DNA of 64,000 nt from assembly GCA_023396115.1 (NCBI GenBank), contig JAEWXC010000051.1, positions 21,425-85,424 of the forward strand, read 5' to 3'. Shown here piece after piece: positions 1-8,875 of this stretch. The stretch's first letter is position 1, and each line of letters starts with the position of its first letter. The notes below the pieces were generated by a model that had not been told where the DNA came from, searched no databases, and worked only from the letters and a program-made list of their open reading frames with translations. A program made the position numbers and the translations under genes. The stretch comes from Actinomycetes bacterium. Its GTDB lineage: Bacteria > Actinomycetota > Actinomycetes > Propionibacteriales > Nocardioidaceae.

Positions 1-642
1 GGTGCCGAACTGCACCGAGCGCTCGACCAGTTCGGCGGTGTCGGCGTCCAGGGTGCCCTGGACCGCGGAGCGTGCGACCAAGGAGGCGAGCTCGCTGGAG
101 GACCGCGCCGAGCGCAGCTCCTCCTGGGGTTCGACGCCGAGGCGACGGATCAGCGAGTTGGCGGAGTTGTTGAGGAACCGGATCGGCCCGCGCACCACGG
201 AGGTGAACCCGCGCTGGAACCCGACCGTGGCCCGGGCCGTGGCCAGGGGCATCGCGATCGCCAGGTTCTTGGGCACCAGTTCACCGAAGACCATGGTCAG
301 CACCGTGCCGATGGCCATGCCCAGCGCGACCGAGACCGGGCTGACCGCTCCGGCGGGCACCCCGAGGGCCTCGAGCGGGTCGCGGACCAGGGTCGCGATC
401 GCCGGTTCGGCCAGGAACCCGATGGCCAGGTTGGTCACGGTGATCCCGACCTGGGCGCCGGAGAGCTGGGTGGAGAGCTGGCTCAACCCGACCCGGACCC
501 CGGCGGCCTTGCGGTCCCCGGCCGCGGCGGCCCGGTCGACGGCGCCACGGTCCACGGTGACCAGGGAGAACTCGGCGGCCACGAAAAGACCACAGGCCGC
601 GACCAGCAACAGCGCGAGCCCGAGCAGCAACCAGGCCGTCAC
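1..642 (-). CDS. DUF21/CNNM-domain (CorC/TlyC hemolysin-family) membrane protein, N-terminal part; 3' end lies outside the window
   Basis: Not in the ORF track because it runs off the window start. Reverse-complement reading from GTG at 642-640 gives VTAWLLLGLALLLVAACGLFVAAEFSLVTVDRGA..., the typical DUF21 N-terminus. The frame stays open to position 1 (214 codons). Confidence 0.75.
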   Translation of the reverse strand, partial: MTAWLLLGLALLLVAACGLFVAAEFSLVTVDRGAVDRAAAAGDRKAAGVRVGLSQLSTQLSGAQVGITVTNLAIGFLAEPAIATLVRDPLEALGVPAGAVSPVSVALGMAIGTVLTMVFGELVPKNLAIAMPLATARATVGFQRGFTSVVRGPIRFLNNSANSLIRRLGVEPQEELRSARSSSELASLVARSAVQGTLDADTAELVERSVQFGT

Positions 643-844
643 CCCACACCTCCGGTGGCGTCAGTGCGGGTCGGGGGGCACGAGCAACAGGAGCCGTCCA
701 TCGGCTGGTGGGTGTCCTTCATTCGGTGACGTTGGCCGAAGTCTAGGGGGCACCCGGTACCCGGCCTGCCTCCTGCGCCGATCCCCGTCCGGACGCACCT
801 CGCCCCGTGGGGCCCTTCAGGGCCGACCCACCGGAGCTCGGGCA

Positions 845-1030
845 CCCGGTGATCGAGCCGCCCTGTAACTCAGCCGCCTCCGGTGACTGCGCCGCCCCCG
901 GTGATCGAGTCGCCCCGGTGATCGAGTCGCCCCGGTGATCGAGCCCGTCCCCGGTGATCGAGCTTGCCGAGATCCCCCGGGCCCCGTGGCGAGCTTGCCC
1001 CCGGTGATCGAGCTTGCCGAGATCTCCCGA
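845..1030. repeat. Intergenic tandem-repeat array with core CCGGTGATCGAG (6 exact copies plus 1 variant; 17-bp period, then a 26-bp sub-repeat)
   Basis: Core copies at 846, 898, 915, 932, 951 and 1001; variant CCGGTGACTGC at 880. CCGGTGATCGAGCTTGCCGAGATC occurs twice (951 and 1001). The array lies between the PafC-like 3' end and the CNNM gene start. Confidence 0.85.
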
Positions 1031-1064
1031 GCCCCGCGCCCGCCACGTGGCAGCCCGGAGCGGA

Positions 1065-2051
1065 TCAGGGCTGGACGGAGTGGTGCGCCAGCAGGTCAGC
1101 GGCCAGCGCGGGGATCCCGGCGACGAGTCCGGGCGGGTCGAGGACGACCGCGTCCTCCCCGGCGCTCAGCGCCAGCAGCGCCACCCGCTGCTCGACCGGC
1201 GGCAGCATCTCCAGGTCCAGGGTGACGTCCTGCTCGCCGTCGCTGACCACCCGGATCGACTCGGCGTACATGTCCGCCGCCCACCGGGCCGCGTGCGGGA
1301 TCCGGACCCGGACGCCGGTGGTGGCCCGCTGGTCGGCGAGCCGCTCCTCGAGCCGGTCGGGGTCGGTGAACGTCTCGTCGGTGGTCTCGACGCTGCGGAT
1401 GTTGGAGAGCAGGAAGGTGCGCATCCGGCCGTTGTCGTCCAGCGGGCCGGCGTCGACCTCCCAGCCGCGCCGGGTCTGCACCAGCCGGTAGGGCTCGATC
1501 ACCCGGTCCCCGGTGCCGACCCGCCACGAGTTGGAGTAGCCGATCCGGACCCGGGTCCGCTGCTCGCGGGCGGTCTGGAGCTCGGCCAGGTGGCCGGCAC
1601 GCAGCGGCGAGGTGGCCACCGGCTCCTGCCCGAACAGGGTCGCGGTCAGCACCTCGACCGCTTCGCGCAGGTCCTGGTCGTCGGGGGTGACGTCGAGCAG
1701 GGCCTGCGCGGCGGTGTAGATCAGCCCCAGCTCGGCCCCGTCGACGAGTTCGACCCCGAGCTCCTCGGAGGCCCGCTCGTCGATGATCTGCACGACGGTG
1801 GCCACGTTCGGGTCGATGTCGTCGTTGCCGTCGGCGGAGGTGAAGCGCAGGTCAGCGGGGCGGGACAGCCCGAGCATGCCGGCGTGGTCGGCGGTGAAGT
1901 AGGCCAGCAGGTCCTGGCGCAGCTCGTCGGGGTCCACGCCAAGTCGCTCACCCAGGTCCGAGAGCGCCATCCCCTCGGGGTTCTCGGCGAGCAGCTGGAA
2001 GACGTGCGGCAGCCGGGCGAACCGCTGGACGTACTTCGGGGGCGCCATCAC
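1065..2051 (-). CDS. PafC-like HTH-WYL-domain transcriptional regulator
   Basis: 328-aa ORF with an N-terminal wHTH (FQLLAENPEGMALSDLGERLGV) and a WYL-type core (RVRIGYSNSWRVGTGDRVIEPYRLVQTRRGWEVDA). Its GTG/ATG start overlaps the upstream paralog's stop. Confidence 0.8.
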   Translation of the reverse strand: MMAPPKYVQRFARLPHVFQLLAENPEGMALSDLGERLGVDPDELRQDLLAYFTADHAGMLGLSRPADLRFTSADGNDDIDPNVATVVQIIDERASEELGVELVDGAELGLIYTAAQALLDVTPDDQDLREAVEVLTATLFGQEPVATSPLRAGHLAELQTAREQRTRVRIGYSNSWRVGTGDRVIEPYRLVQTRRGWEVDAGPLDDNGRMRTFLLSNIRSVETTDETFTDPDRLEERLADQRATTGVRVRIPHAARWAADMYAESIRVVSDGEQDVTLDLEMLPPVEQRVALLALSAGEDAVVLDPPGLVAGIPALAADLLAHHSVQP

Positions 2052-2995
2052 AGACCTGCCATCGTCGTGAGGTCCGCGAGCAGCTCGTCGCGGAACTCGG
2101 GTGGACCGGCGACCCGGACCCGGGTGCCGAGCTCGTAGAGCCGGGTGCGCAGCGCCTTGCGGTGCGTGACCGTGTAGACCAGACGGACCTCACCGTCCTC
2201 GGTGCTCCTCTGGCTGGTCGGCGTGCCCAGCCAGCGCCGCACGTCGGGCACGAACTCCTCGGCCGCCACGAGCTCCACGTCGACCGGGTCGTCGATCAGC
2301 CAGGCCATCGGGTGCAGCCGCGGGCGCGGGACCTCCTCCGGCGCGGTGGCGCTGCGCGGGGCGCCGGCGCGCACCTGGGACATCCGGCTGACCACGAACA
2401 TCTTCACCGTCTCGCCGTCGACCTCCTGCCCGGCCAGGTACCAGCGGTTGTTGCGGGCGTGCATCCCGGCGGGGTGCACCACCCGCTCGCGGCCGTTGTA
2501 GCGGAACGTCAGCAGGGCGCGGGTCTGCACGGCCCGGCCGACGACGTCGAGCTCGGGGGCCAGGGATGCCTGGGTGACGCGGGCCTCGACGGTCCCCGCG
2601 GCTCGCTCGGCGTCGAGCCCGAGCTGCTCGGCCAGGTCGTCCCGGTCGGCGACCAGGGCAGCCCGGCGCAGGGCGGCCTGCTGGGGCGGGGTGAGCTGCA
2701 CCCGGAGCCGGCTGTCCCCGTTGGTCATCCGGTAGCGCCCGTCCTCGCCGACCTCGGCCACGTTGTCGATCTGCCAGCCCAGGCCGCGCAGGTGGCGGAA
2801 GTCCCGGGCCAGCTGGCTGGCCGGGTCCGCGGCGTCGTCCGGGAACCGGGCGATGGTCAGCAGTTCGGCGGTGGACAGCCCCACCTTGCCCGCGGCACGC
2901 AGTGCCACGGTGAGGCGGATCAGCCGCTCCATGGCCTGGCGCTGCTTGCCGATCGGTGCGCTCTCGCCTGTGTTCACGGGGTCAGTGTGTCCCAT
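2048..2995 (-). CDS. PafB-like HTH-WYL-domain transcriptional regulator
   Basis: 315-aa ORF with an HTH (MERLIRLTVALRAAGKVGLSTAELL) and a WYL core (LLTFRYNGRERVVHPAGMHARNNRWYLAGQ). It is paired and overlapping with the PafC-like gene. The start could instead be the internal Met at 2932. Confidence 0.8.
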   Translation of the reverse strand: MGHTDPVNTGESAPIGKQRQAMERLIRLTVALRAAGKVGLSTAELLTIARFPDDAADPASQLARDFRHLRGLGWQIDNVAEVGEDGRYRMTNGDSRLRVQLTPPQQAALRRAALVADRDDLAEQLGLDAERAAGTVEARVTQASLAPELDVVGRAVQTRALLTFRYNGRERVVHPAGMHARNNRWYLAGQEVDGETVKMFVVSRMSQVRAGAPRSATAPEEVPRPRLHPMAWLIDDPVDVELVAAEEFVPDVRRWLGTPTSQRSTEDGEVRLVYTVTHRKALRTRLYELGTRVRVAGPPEFRDELLADLTTMAGL

Positions 2996-3037
2996 CCGGG
3001 CCGGGCGCGGGGGCGGGAAGCGCCGGTGCGGGGACCG

Positions 3038-3931
3038 TCACACGCCTGGCGTCGCGGCGTTCTCGCGGGTGGTCGGGGCGGCGGTGTTGCGGGTGACGGC
3101 CCAGCCGAACAGCGGCGCCAGCACGTACATGACGACCGAGTAGACGGCCGCGGGGATCGCGACGGTGCCGTTGTCGAGGACGGCCAGGGCGATGGTCAGC
3201 GCGATGGTGGTGTTGTGGATGCCGACCTCCATCGAGCAGGCCACGGCCTGGGCCTGGCCGAGCCGCAGCGCCTTGGCCACCAGGTACCCGAGGGTGAGGC
3301 TGATCAGGCAGACCAGGGCCACGACCAGGCCGACGTCGGCGAAGTACTCGCCGATGTTGTCCTTCTCCCCCACGATCGCCCCGACGGCGACGATGACCAG
3401 GACGACGATGGAGAAGATCCGCACCGGCTTGTCGGCGGCGCGGGCCCGCTCCTCCTGCAGGTGCCGGACCACCATGCCCAGCGCGACCGGGATCAGCACG
3501 ATGGCGATGACCTGCAGCACCTTGCCGAACTGCAGCCCGAGCTCGCCGTCGGCGTCGAAGTGGTCGATCGCGAAGTTGGTGACCAGCGGGATGGTGAACG
3601 CCGCGAGCACCGAGTTGATCGCGGTCAGGGAGATGTTGAGCGCCACGTCCCCGCGGAACAGGTGGCTGAACAGGTTGGCCGTGGTGCCACCGGGTGAGGC
3701 CACCAGCAGCATCACACCGACCGCGAGCAGCGGCGGCAGGTCGAAGAGCACCACGAGCCCGAAGGTGATCGCCGGCAGCACCACCACCTGCACCACGAGC
3801 GCGGCCACGACCGCCTTGGGGCTGCGTGCCACCCGCGCGAAGTCGCCGGGCGTGAGCGCCAGCCCCAGGCCGAACATGATGATGGCGAGCGCGATCGGCA
3901 GGCCCACGGTGATGAGCGGTGACTGGTCCAT
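3038..3931 (-). CDS. Bile acid:sodium symporter (BASS/SBF) family transporter
   Basis: 297-aa polytopic membrane ORF. Motifs such as LLVASPGGTTANLFS and SMEVGIHNTTIAL are typical of the SBF family. Confidence 0.85.
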   Translation of the reverse strand: MDQSPLITVGLPIALAIIMFGLGLALTPGDFARVARSPKAVVAALVVQVVVLPAITFGLVVLFDLPPLLAVGVMLLVASPGGTTANLFSHLFRGDVALNISLTAINSVLAAFTIPLVTNFAIDHFDADGELGLQFGKVLQVIAIVLIPVALGMVVRHLQEERARAADKPVRIFSIVVLVIVAVGAIVGEKDNIGEYFADVGLVVALVCLISLTLGYLVAKALRLGQAQAVACSMEVGIHNTTIALTIALAVLDNGTVAIPAAVYSVVMYVLAPLFGWAVTRNTAAPTTRENAATPGV

Positions 3932-3953
3932 GGTGGTGCAGTCAAGCCGAAGT

Positions 3954-3969
3954 GGTGACGTGTGTCACC
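3954..3969. promoter_or_regulatory. Palindrome GGTGAC-GTGT-GTCACC in the divergent BASS / acyl-CoA synthetase intergenic region (candidate operator)
   Basis: A perfect 6-4-6 inverted repeat is visible between the two divergent starts (3931 and 4141). No cognate regulator was identified. Confidence 0.3.
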
Positions 3970-4140
3970 CGAACCGCCGAGGATTGCCCGCAGCGTGGTC
4001 ACCCGGTGGCCCACCTGCCGGTGCGACATGGGGAGCTCACCCCATCTCGACCGGCTCGTCGCGATCTCCCGCGGTTCCCAGTCCCGGCCAGCGGAGCGGA
4101 CCCGCGCGGGGCGCGAGGTGGTCTGGCAGATTCACGCCCC

Positions 4141-5814
4141 ATGACGTCCACCACAGTTCCCGAGGTCCCCCACGCCACGATGGCCGAGCTCTTCCTCACC
4201 CGCGCCGAGGACGACAATCCCGGCCTGCTGTTCGAGGACGACCGGTGGAGTTGGCGTGAGGTGCTCCGCGAGGCTGCGGTCCGTTCCGCGGTGCACCAGG
4301 AGCTGCGTCCCACCGACCGCCCCTGGCATGTGGGCGTGCTGCTGGAGAACAGCCCCGAGTACATCTTCCAGATCGCTGGCGCGGCGTTCAGCGGCGCCAC
4401 CGTGGTCGGCATCAACCCGACCCGTCGCGGTGCCGAGCTGGCCCTGGACATCCGCGCCACGCACGTGGACACGATCTTCGTCGACGCCACCTACGCCGAC
4501 CTGCTCGAGGGCATCGACCACGGCGCCCAGCGGGTGGTGCGGGTCGACTCCCCCGAGTACGCCGAGATGCTGGCCCGGCACGCCGACGCGCCGCTGGAGC
4601 CCACCCCCGAGGCGCTGGACCCGGCCACCACCCTGGTGCTGCTGTTCACCTCGGGCTCGACCGGTGCACCCAAGGCCGTGATCTGCTCGACGCGACGCTG
4701 GGCGTTCGTCAGCCAGATCAACCCGATGATGTTCAACTACGGCGAGGTCGCCTACAACGCGATGCCGCTGTTCCACGGCAACGCACTGATGAGCGCCTGG
4801 GGCCCGTGCGTGAAGGGTGGCGCCGCGCTGGCGCTGCGCCGCAAGTTCTCCGCCTCGGGGTTCCTGCCCGACATCCAGAAGTTCGGTGCCACGTTCTTCA
4901 ACTACGTGGGGCGTTCGCTGGCCTACATCCTGGCCCAGCCCGAGGTGCCCGGTGAGTCCGACAACCAGCTGAAGTTCGGCTTCGGCACCGAGGCCTCCAC
5001 CCGGGACCGCGCCGAGTTCCTGCGCCGCTTCGGTGCCCCGGTCTTCGAGTCGTACGGCTCGTCGGAGGGCGCCTGCTACATCATCACCAACGAGTCGACC
5101 CCCGAGGGCGCGCTCGGTCTCCCGCAGATCGGCCACCACCCGCAGGTCTGGAACCCCGAGGGCCAGGAGTGCCCGCCGGCCGAGTTCGACGACAACGGGA
5201 TGCTGCTCAACCCCGAGCAGGCCATCGGCGAGATCGTCTCCCTGGACGCGGCCGCCAAGTTCGAGGGCTACTACAACAACCCCGAGGCGAGCGCGGAGAA
5301 GCTGCGCGACGGCCACTTCTTCACCGGTGACCTGGCCTACCGCGACGCCGAGGGCTACTTCTACTTCGCCGGTCGGACCGCCGACTGGATCCGGGTGGAC
5401 TCGGAGAACTTCGCCGCGGCCCCGGTCGAGCGGATCGTCGCCCGCTTCCCGGGCGTGGCGGTGGCTGCCGTCTACCCGGTCCCCGACCCGCAGACCGGTG
5501 ACCAGGTGATGGCCACGGTGCAGATGGTGGTCGACGCCGACTTCGACCCGGACGCCTTCACCACGTTCCTGGCCGAGCAGCCCGACCTGGGCACCAAGTG
5601 GGCTCCCCGGCTGATCCGGATCACCGCCGCGCTGCCGGTCACCGCGACCAGCAAGGTGGACAAGCCGAAGCTGCGCCGGATGCTCTGGGGCGGCGACGAG
5701 CCGGTCTTCGAGCGCCTGCGCGACGGCTCCTACCGCCAGCTCGACGGCGAGGCCCGCGAGAAGCTGGCCGCCGAGTTCGCCGAGCACGGCCGGGCCCAGC
5801 TGATCCAGGCCTGA
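4141..5814 (+). CDS. AMP-dependent acyl-CoA synthetase/ligase (FadD-like)
   Basis: Start re-set to ATG 4141 (MTSTTVPEV...) inside the 3919..5814 ORF. AMP-binding motifs are present: LLFTSGSTGAPKAV, GYYNNPEA, TGDLAYRDAEGYFYFAGR and KVDK near the C-terminus. Confidence 0.85.
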   Translation: MTSTTVPEVPHATMAELFLTRAEDDNPGLLFEDDRWSWREVLREAAVRSAVHQELRPTDRPWHVGVLLENSPEYIFQIAGAAFSGATVVGINPTRRGAELALDIRATHVDTIFVDATYADLLEGIDHGAQRVVRVDSPEYAEMLARHADAPLEPTPEALDPATTLVLLFTSGSTGAPKAVICSTRRWAFVSQINPMMFNYGEVAYNAMPLFHGNALMSAWGPCVKGGAALALRRKFSASGFLPDIQKFGATFFNYVGRSLAYILAQPEVPGESDNQLKFGFGTEASTRDRAEFLRRFGAPVFESYGSSEGACYIITNESTPEGALGLPQIGHHPQVWNPEGQECPPAEFDDNGMLLNPEQAIGEIVSLDAAAKFEGYYNNPEASAEKLRDGHFFTGDLAYRDAEGYFYFAGRTADWIRVDSENFAAAPVERIVARFPGVAVAAVYPVPDPQTGDQVMATVQMVVDADFDPDAFTTFLAEQPDLGTKWAPRLIRITAALPVTATSKVDKPKLRRMLWGGDEPVFERLRDGSYRQLDGEAREKLAAEFAEHGRAQLIQA

Positions 5815-5825
5815 CCGCTCACCCG

Positions 5826-5998
5826 CGACGCCGACCGGGCACTTGCGCGACGCTGACCGGGCACTTGCGCGCCGACCGGGCACTTGCGTGGCAGTGACCG
5901 GGCACTTGCGCGCCGACCGGGCACTTCCGTGGCCGTGACCGGGCACTTCCGTGGCGCTCACCGGGCACTTGTGCGCCGACCGGGAACCCCCGTGGGGC
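5826..5998. repeat. Intergenic tandem-repeat array with core GACCGGGCACTT (about 8 copies, alternating 22/19-bp spacing)
   Basis: Cores at 5833, 5855, 5874, 5896, 5915 and 5937; variant at 5959; degenerate copy at 5977. The array lies between two convergent genes (stops at 5814 and 6036). Confidence 0.85.
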
Positions 5999-6035
5999 GC
6001 TGCACCCGTTGCAAACCCCGGCGTCGGGGTGCTGC

Positions 6036-6767
6036 TCAGGAACTGAGCGGCACCTCGACGCCGTGTTCCATCAGGGCCTCGGGGTCGATCTCACCGGACA
6101 GCATCCGGGCGACGGTCTCGGTGTCGAGGACGGGGCGCACGTCGTTCTTGCCGACCCAGCCCACCCCGGGCTCCAGGCGGCGCACCACCTTGGCGGGGAT
6201 GCCGGCGACGACGGTGTGGTCGGGCACGTCGCCGCGGACCACGGAACCAGCGCCGACGGTGACGTTGCGCCCGATGGTGGTGCCGGGCAGGATCACCGCG
6301 CCGTGGCCGATCCAGGACCCTGACCCGATCCGGACCGGCTGGTGGGACCCCATCTGGTCCCCGATCGGGGTGTGCGGGTCCTGGTAGCCGTGCGAGGAGT
6401 CGGAGACGAACACCGACTGGCCGAACCAGACGTCGTCACCGATCTCGATGCCGGCGTGCGCGGTGAAGGTGCACCGGGCACCCACGACGCACCGGTCGCC
6501 GATCACCAGACCCCGCTCGGGGATCCCGGGGTCACCGGGGCCGTAGCCGACCGAGAGGGTGCAGTGCCGCCCGACCAAGGTGTCAGTGCCCAGGTGGATC
6601 GACTGCTCGCCCAGAATCGTGGCCTGAGGGAACGCGATCATGGTCCCGGTGCCGAACGACCCGAAGCGCCGGGCCCACGGGGTACTGGGGCTGATCGAGC
6701 CCACCCACTCCACTGCTCGGTGCAGCGCGTGGAAGCCGGGGCTCAGCAGGGTTCGCAACAGGGGCAC
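6036..6767 (-). CDS. Left-handed beta-helix (hexapeptide-repeat) acetyltransferase
   Basis: 243-aa ORF with hexapeptide repeats (IGDRCVVGARCTF, IGDDVWFGQSVFV, IGSGSWIGHGAVILPGTTIGRNVTVGAGSVV). Confidence 0.8.
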   Translation of the reverse strand: MPLLRTLLSPGFHALHRAVEWVGSISPSTPWARRFGSFGTGTMIAFPQATILGEQSIHLGTDTLVGRHCTLSVGYGPGDPGIPERGLVIGDRCVVGARCTFTAHAGIEIGDDVWFGQSVFVSDSSHGYQDPHTPIGDQMGSHQPVRIGSGSWIGHGAVILPGTTIGRNVTVGAGSVVRGDVPDHTVVAGIPAKVVRRLEPGVGWVGKNDVRPVLDTETVARMLSGEIDPEALMEHGVEVPLSS

Positions 6768-6823
6768 GGTGCCGCACTCTAGTCGCGGTCACCGGCCCCT
6801 GCCCCGGTTGTGTCCGATCCCGT

Positions 6824-7762
6824 TCAGTTGCCGGTGGTGCTCCAGTGCCAAGCCTCCGAGGGGAGGTTCTTCAGGCCGTAGTTGCGGGCGTTGGCCGCGA
6901 GCCAGTTGAACGCGCTCCTGCTGAGCGAGTTGCCGGCGGAGTTGAAGTCGATCGCCGTGCCGCGCTCGTGGTTGGACCTGCCCGGTCGGGCCGTCGGCGG
7001 ACGGCACTGGCTGGAGGCCTTCTGGTAGATCTCCCACTTGCTCGTGCCGCAGTGCTTCTTGCGGAGCGCGACCTGCTGGTCGTAGGTGCGGAAGCCCCAA
7101 CCACCCAGGACGTGACCGTCGCGCTTGGCGTCGGCGTACAGGCGGGTCAGGTCGGCGGCCAGGCACTTGTGCACCCGGGTGGTGCCGTGGCCAGCGGTGA
7201 CCACGGTGGTGTGCTCGATGCTGACCCCGGTGGTGACGTTGTCGCAGTTGCGCACGGCCGGGTTCATCTCCCGCGCCGGCGACCCGGCGAGGTACTGCCA
7301 GCTCCGGGAGCCGACGCGATTCTTCTCGCCCTTGATGCCCTTCTTCTTCTGGAACGCGGCGAGGGCGGCCTTGGTCCGGGCACCGAAGTCACCGTCGACC
7401 TTGAGGCCGTAGCCGTACTTGTTGAGCAGGACCTGGGCGGCCCGCACGTACCGGTTCTTGTCACCGGCCTCGACCGTCTTGACCAGCTTCGACCAGGTGT
7501 CCTTGCCGACGATGCCGTCGTCGTCGAGCTTCTTCTTGCGCTGGAACGCCTTCGTCTTGGCCTTCGTGTCGCGTCCGAAGCGCCCGTCGACATCCGTGGC
7601 GAACCCGCGAGCCGTCAGCAGGTGCTGGACCGCCATCGCGTGGGCTCCGCGGCTGCCCTTGCTGAGCACGGGCCAGGCCGGCTCGGACTGGGCGGGGGCG
7701 GACCCCACGGCGACCATGAGGCCCAGCCCGAGGGCGAGGGCCAGGAGGATGCGTCTCATCAC
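6824..7762 (-). CDS. Secreted peptidoglycan-binding domain / M15B (VanY-like) D-Ala-D-Ala carboxypeptidase
   Basis: Signal peptide (MMRRILLALALGLGLMVAVGSAPA). Two PG_binding_1-like repeats (LLTARGF..DGRFG; LLNKYGY..DGDFG). M15 motifs SNHERGTAIDF and EAWHW. Confidence 0.85.
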   Translation of the reverse strand: MMRRILLALALGLGLMVAVGSAPAQSEPAWPVLSKGSRGAHAMAVQHLLTARGFATDVDGRFGRDTKAKTKAFQRKKKLDDDGIVGKDTWSKLVKTVEAGDKNRYVRAAQVLLNKYGYGLKVDGDFGARTKAALAAFQKKKGIKGEKNRVGSRSWQYLAGSPAREMNPAVRNCDNVTTGVSIEHTTVVTAGHGTTRVHKCLAADLTRLYADAKRDGHVLGGWGFRTYDQQVALRKKHCGTSKWEIYQKASSQCRPPTARPGRSNHERGTAIDFNSAGNSLSRSAFNWLAANARNYGLKNLPSEAWHWSTTGN

Positions 7763-7887
7763 CGGTTGCTCCTGTTCTGCACGGCCGGCGGCTCCCCGAT
7801 GAGGCGTCGGTCCTGCCCGCCCGTTCCGCGGACGACCCGGCCCACGCTAGGTCGGTCGGGGACGTCCGCACAGGGTCCGGAGACCCA

Positions 7888-7920
7888 ACCGGGTCGGGAG
7901 GTGTGCCCTCCCGACCCGGT
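7888..7920 (-). terminator. 14-bp perfect stem-loop downstream of the second M15 peptidase gene
   Basis: ACCGGGTCGGGAGG-tgtgc-CCTCCCGACCCGGT lies 23 nt after the stop at 7943. There is no clear U-tract, which is common in high-G+C actinobacteria. Confidence 0.6.
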
Positions 7921-7942
7921 CGGTGTTGCGGTGCAGCGTCGG

Positions 7943-8875
7943 TCAACCGCCGGTGGTGCTCCAGTGCCACCGCTCCGAGGGCAGGTTCTTCAGCCCGTAG
8001 CGGGCGGCGTTGTTCTTCAGCCAGGTGAACGCGGCCGAGCTGAGCGTCCCGCCGGAGGAGTTGAAGTCGATCGCCAACCCCTTCTCGTGCATCGACGTGC
8101 CGGGGCGGGCCGTCGGCGGCGAGCACTGCGAGGAGGGCTTCTCGTAGATCGCGTAGTAGCTGGTGCCGCAGTGCTTCTTGCGCAGCTCGACCTGCTGGGC
8201 GTAGGTGCGGAAGCCCCAGCCGCCCAGTACGATCCCGGCGGCCTTGGCGTCGCGGTAGAGCCGGGTCAGTGCGGGTGCGAGGCACGTGTGCACGCGGGTG
8301 GTGCTGTACCCGGCGGTGACCACGGTGGTGTGCGCGGAGGAGACACCCGAGGTGACGCTGGAGCAGTTGGTGGCCGGCGGGTTCGTGGTGCCCGCTGCGG
8401 AACCGGCCAGGGTCTGCCACGTGATGGGCCCGACGATGCCGTCGACGGCCAGGCCCTTGGCGCTCTGGAAGCTGCGCACCGCGTCGCGGGTGCGGGGGCC
8501 GAAGGACCCGTCGACGGTCAGGCCGTAGCCGAACCGGTTGAGCAGGCGCTGCGCGGCCTTGACGTAGCCGCCCGCGTCGCCGCTCTGCACCTGCTTGACC
8601 AGGGCCTTCCAGGTCTGGGCGCCGGTGATCCCGTCAGCGGTGAGGCCCTTGGCCCGCTGGAACGCGACGACCTTGCCGCTCGTCGCCGGGCCGTAGCTGG
8701 CGTCGACGGCGGTGGCGTACCCGCGCGCGGTGAGCAGCTCCTGCACGGCCGAGACCTGGCTGCCCGTGCTGCCGCTGCGCAGCACCGGCCAGGCCGGTGC
8801 CGCCGTGGCCGGCGTCGCCGGGGCCACGAGGAGTGACCCGAGCAGCACGCCCAGGACGATGATGATGCGTTTCAT
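7943..8875 (-). CDS. Secreted peptidoglycan-binding domain / M15B (VanY-like) peptidase, tandem paralog
   Basis: Start re-set to ATG 8875 (MKRIIIVLGVLLGSLLVAPATPATA), preceded by AAGGGGA. Domain layout matches 6824..7762, with motifs TSMHEKGLAIDF and ERWHW. Confidence 0.85.
   Translation of the reverse strand: MKRIIIVLGVLLGSLLVAPATPATAAPAWPVLRSGSTGSQVSAVQELLTARGYATAVDASYGPATSGKVVAFQRAKGLTADGITGAQTWKALVKQVQSGDAGGYVKAAQRLLNRFGYGLTVDGSFGPRTRDAVRSFQSAKGLAVDGIVGPITWQTLAGSAAGTTNPPATNCSSVTSGVSSAHTTVVTAGYSTTRVHTCLAPALTRLYRDAKAAGIVLGGWGFRTYAQQVELRKKHCGTSYYAIYEKPSSQCSPPTARPGTSMHEKGLAIDFNSSGGTLSSAAFTWLKNNAARYGLKNLPSERWHWSTTGG

Noticed and set aside
2-868. 288-aa + strand ORF at the window start
   Set aside because: It is antisense to a convincing DUF21/CNNM gene (1-642, minus strand) and then runs into the repeat array. 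The S/T/A/R-rich composition is typical of shadow ORFs in high-G+C DNA.
845-1030. CRISPR array? (also considered for 5826-5998)
   Set aside because: The units are contiguous 17-22-bp tandem repeats without unique 25-40-bp spacers, and no cas genes are present in the window.
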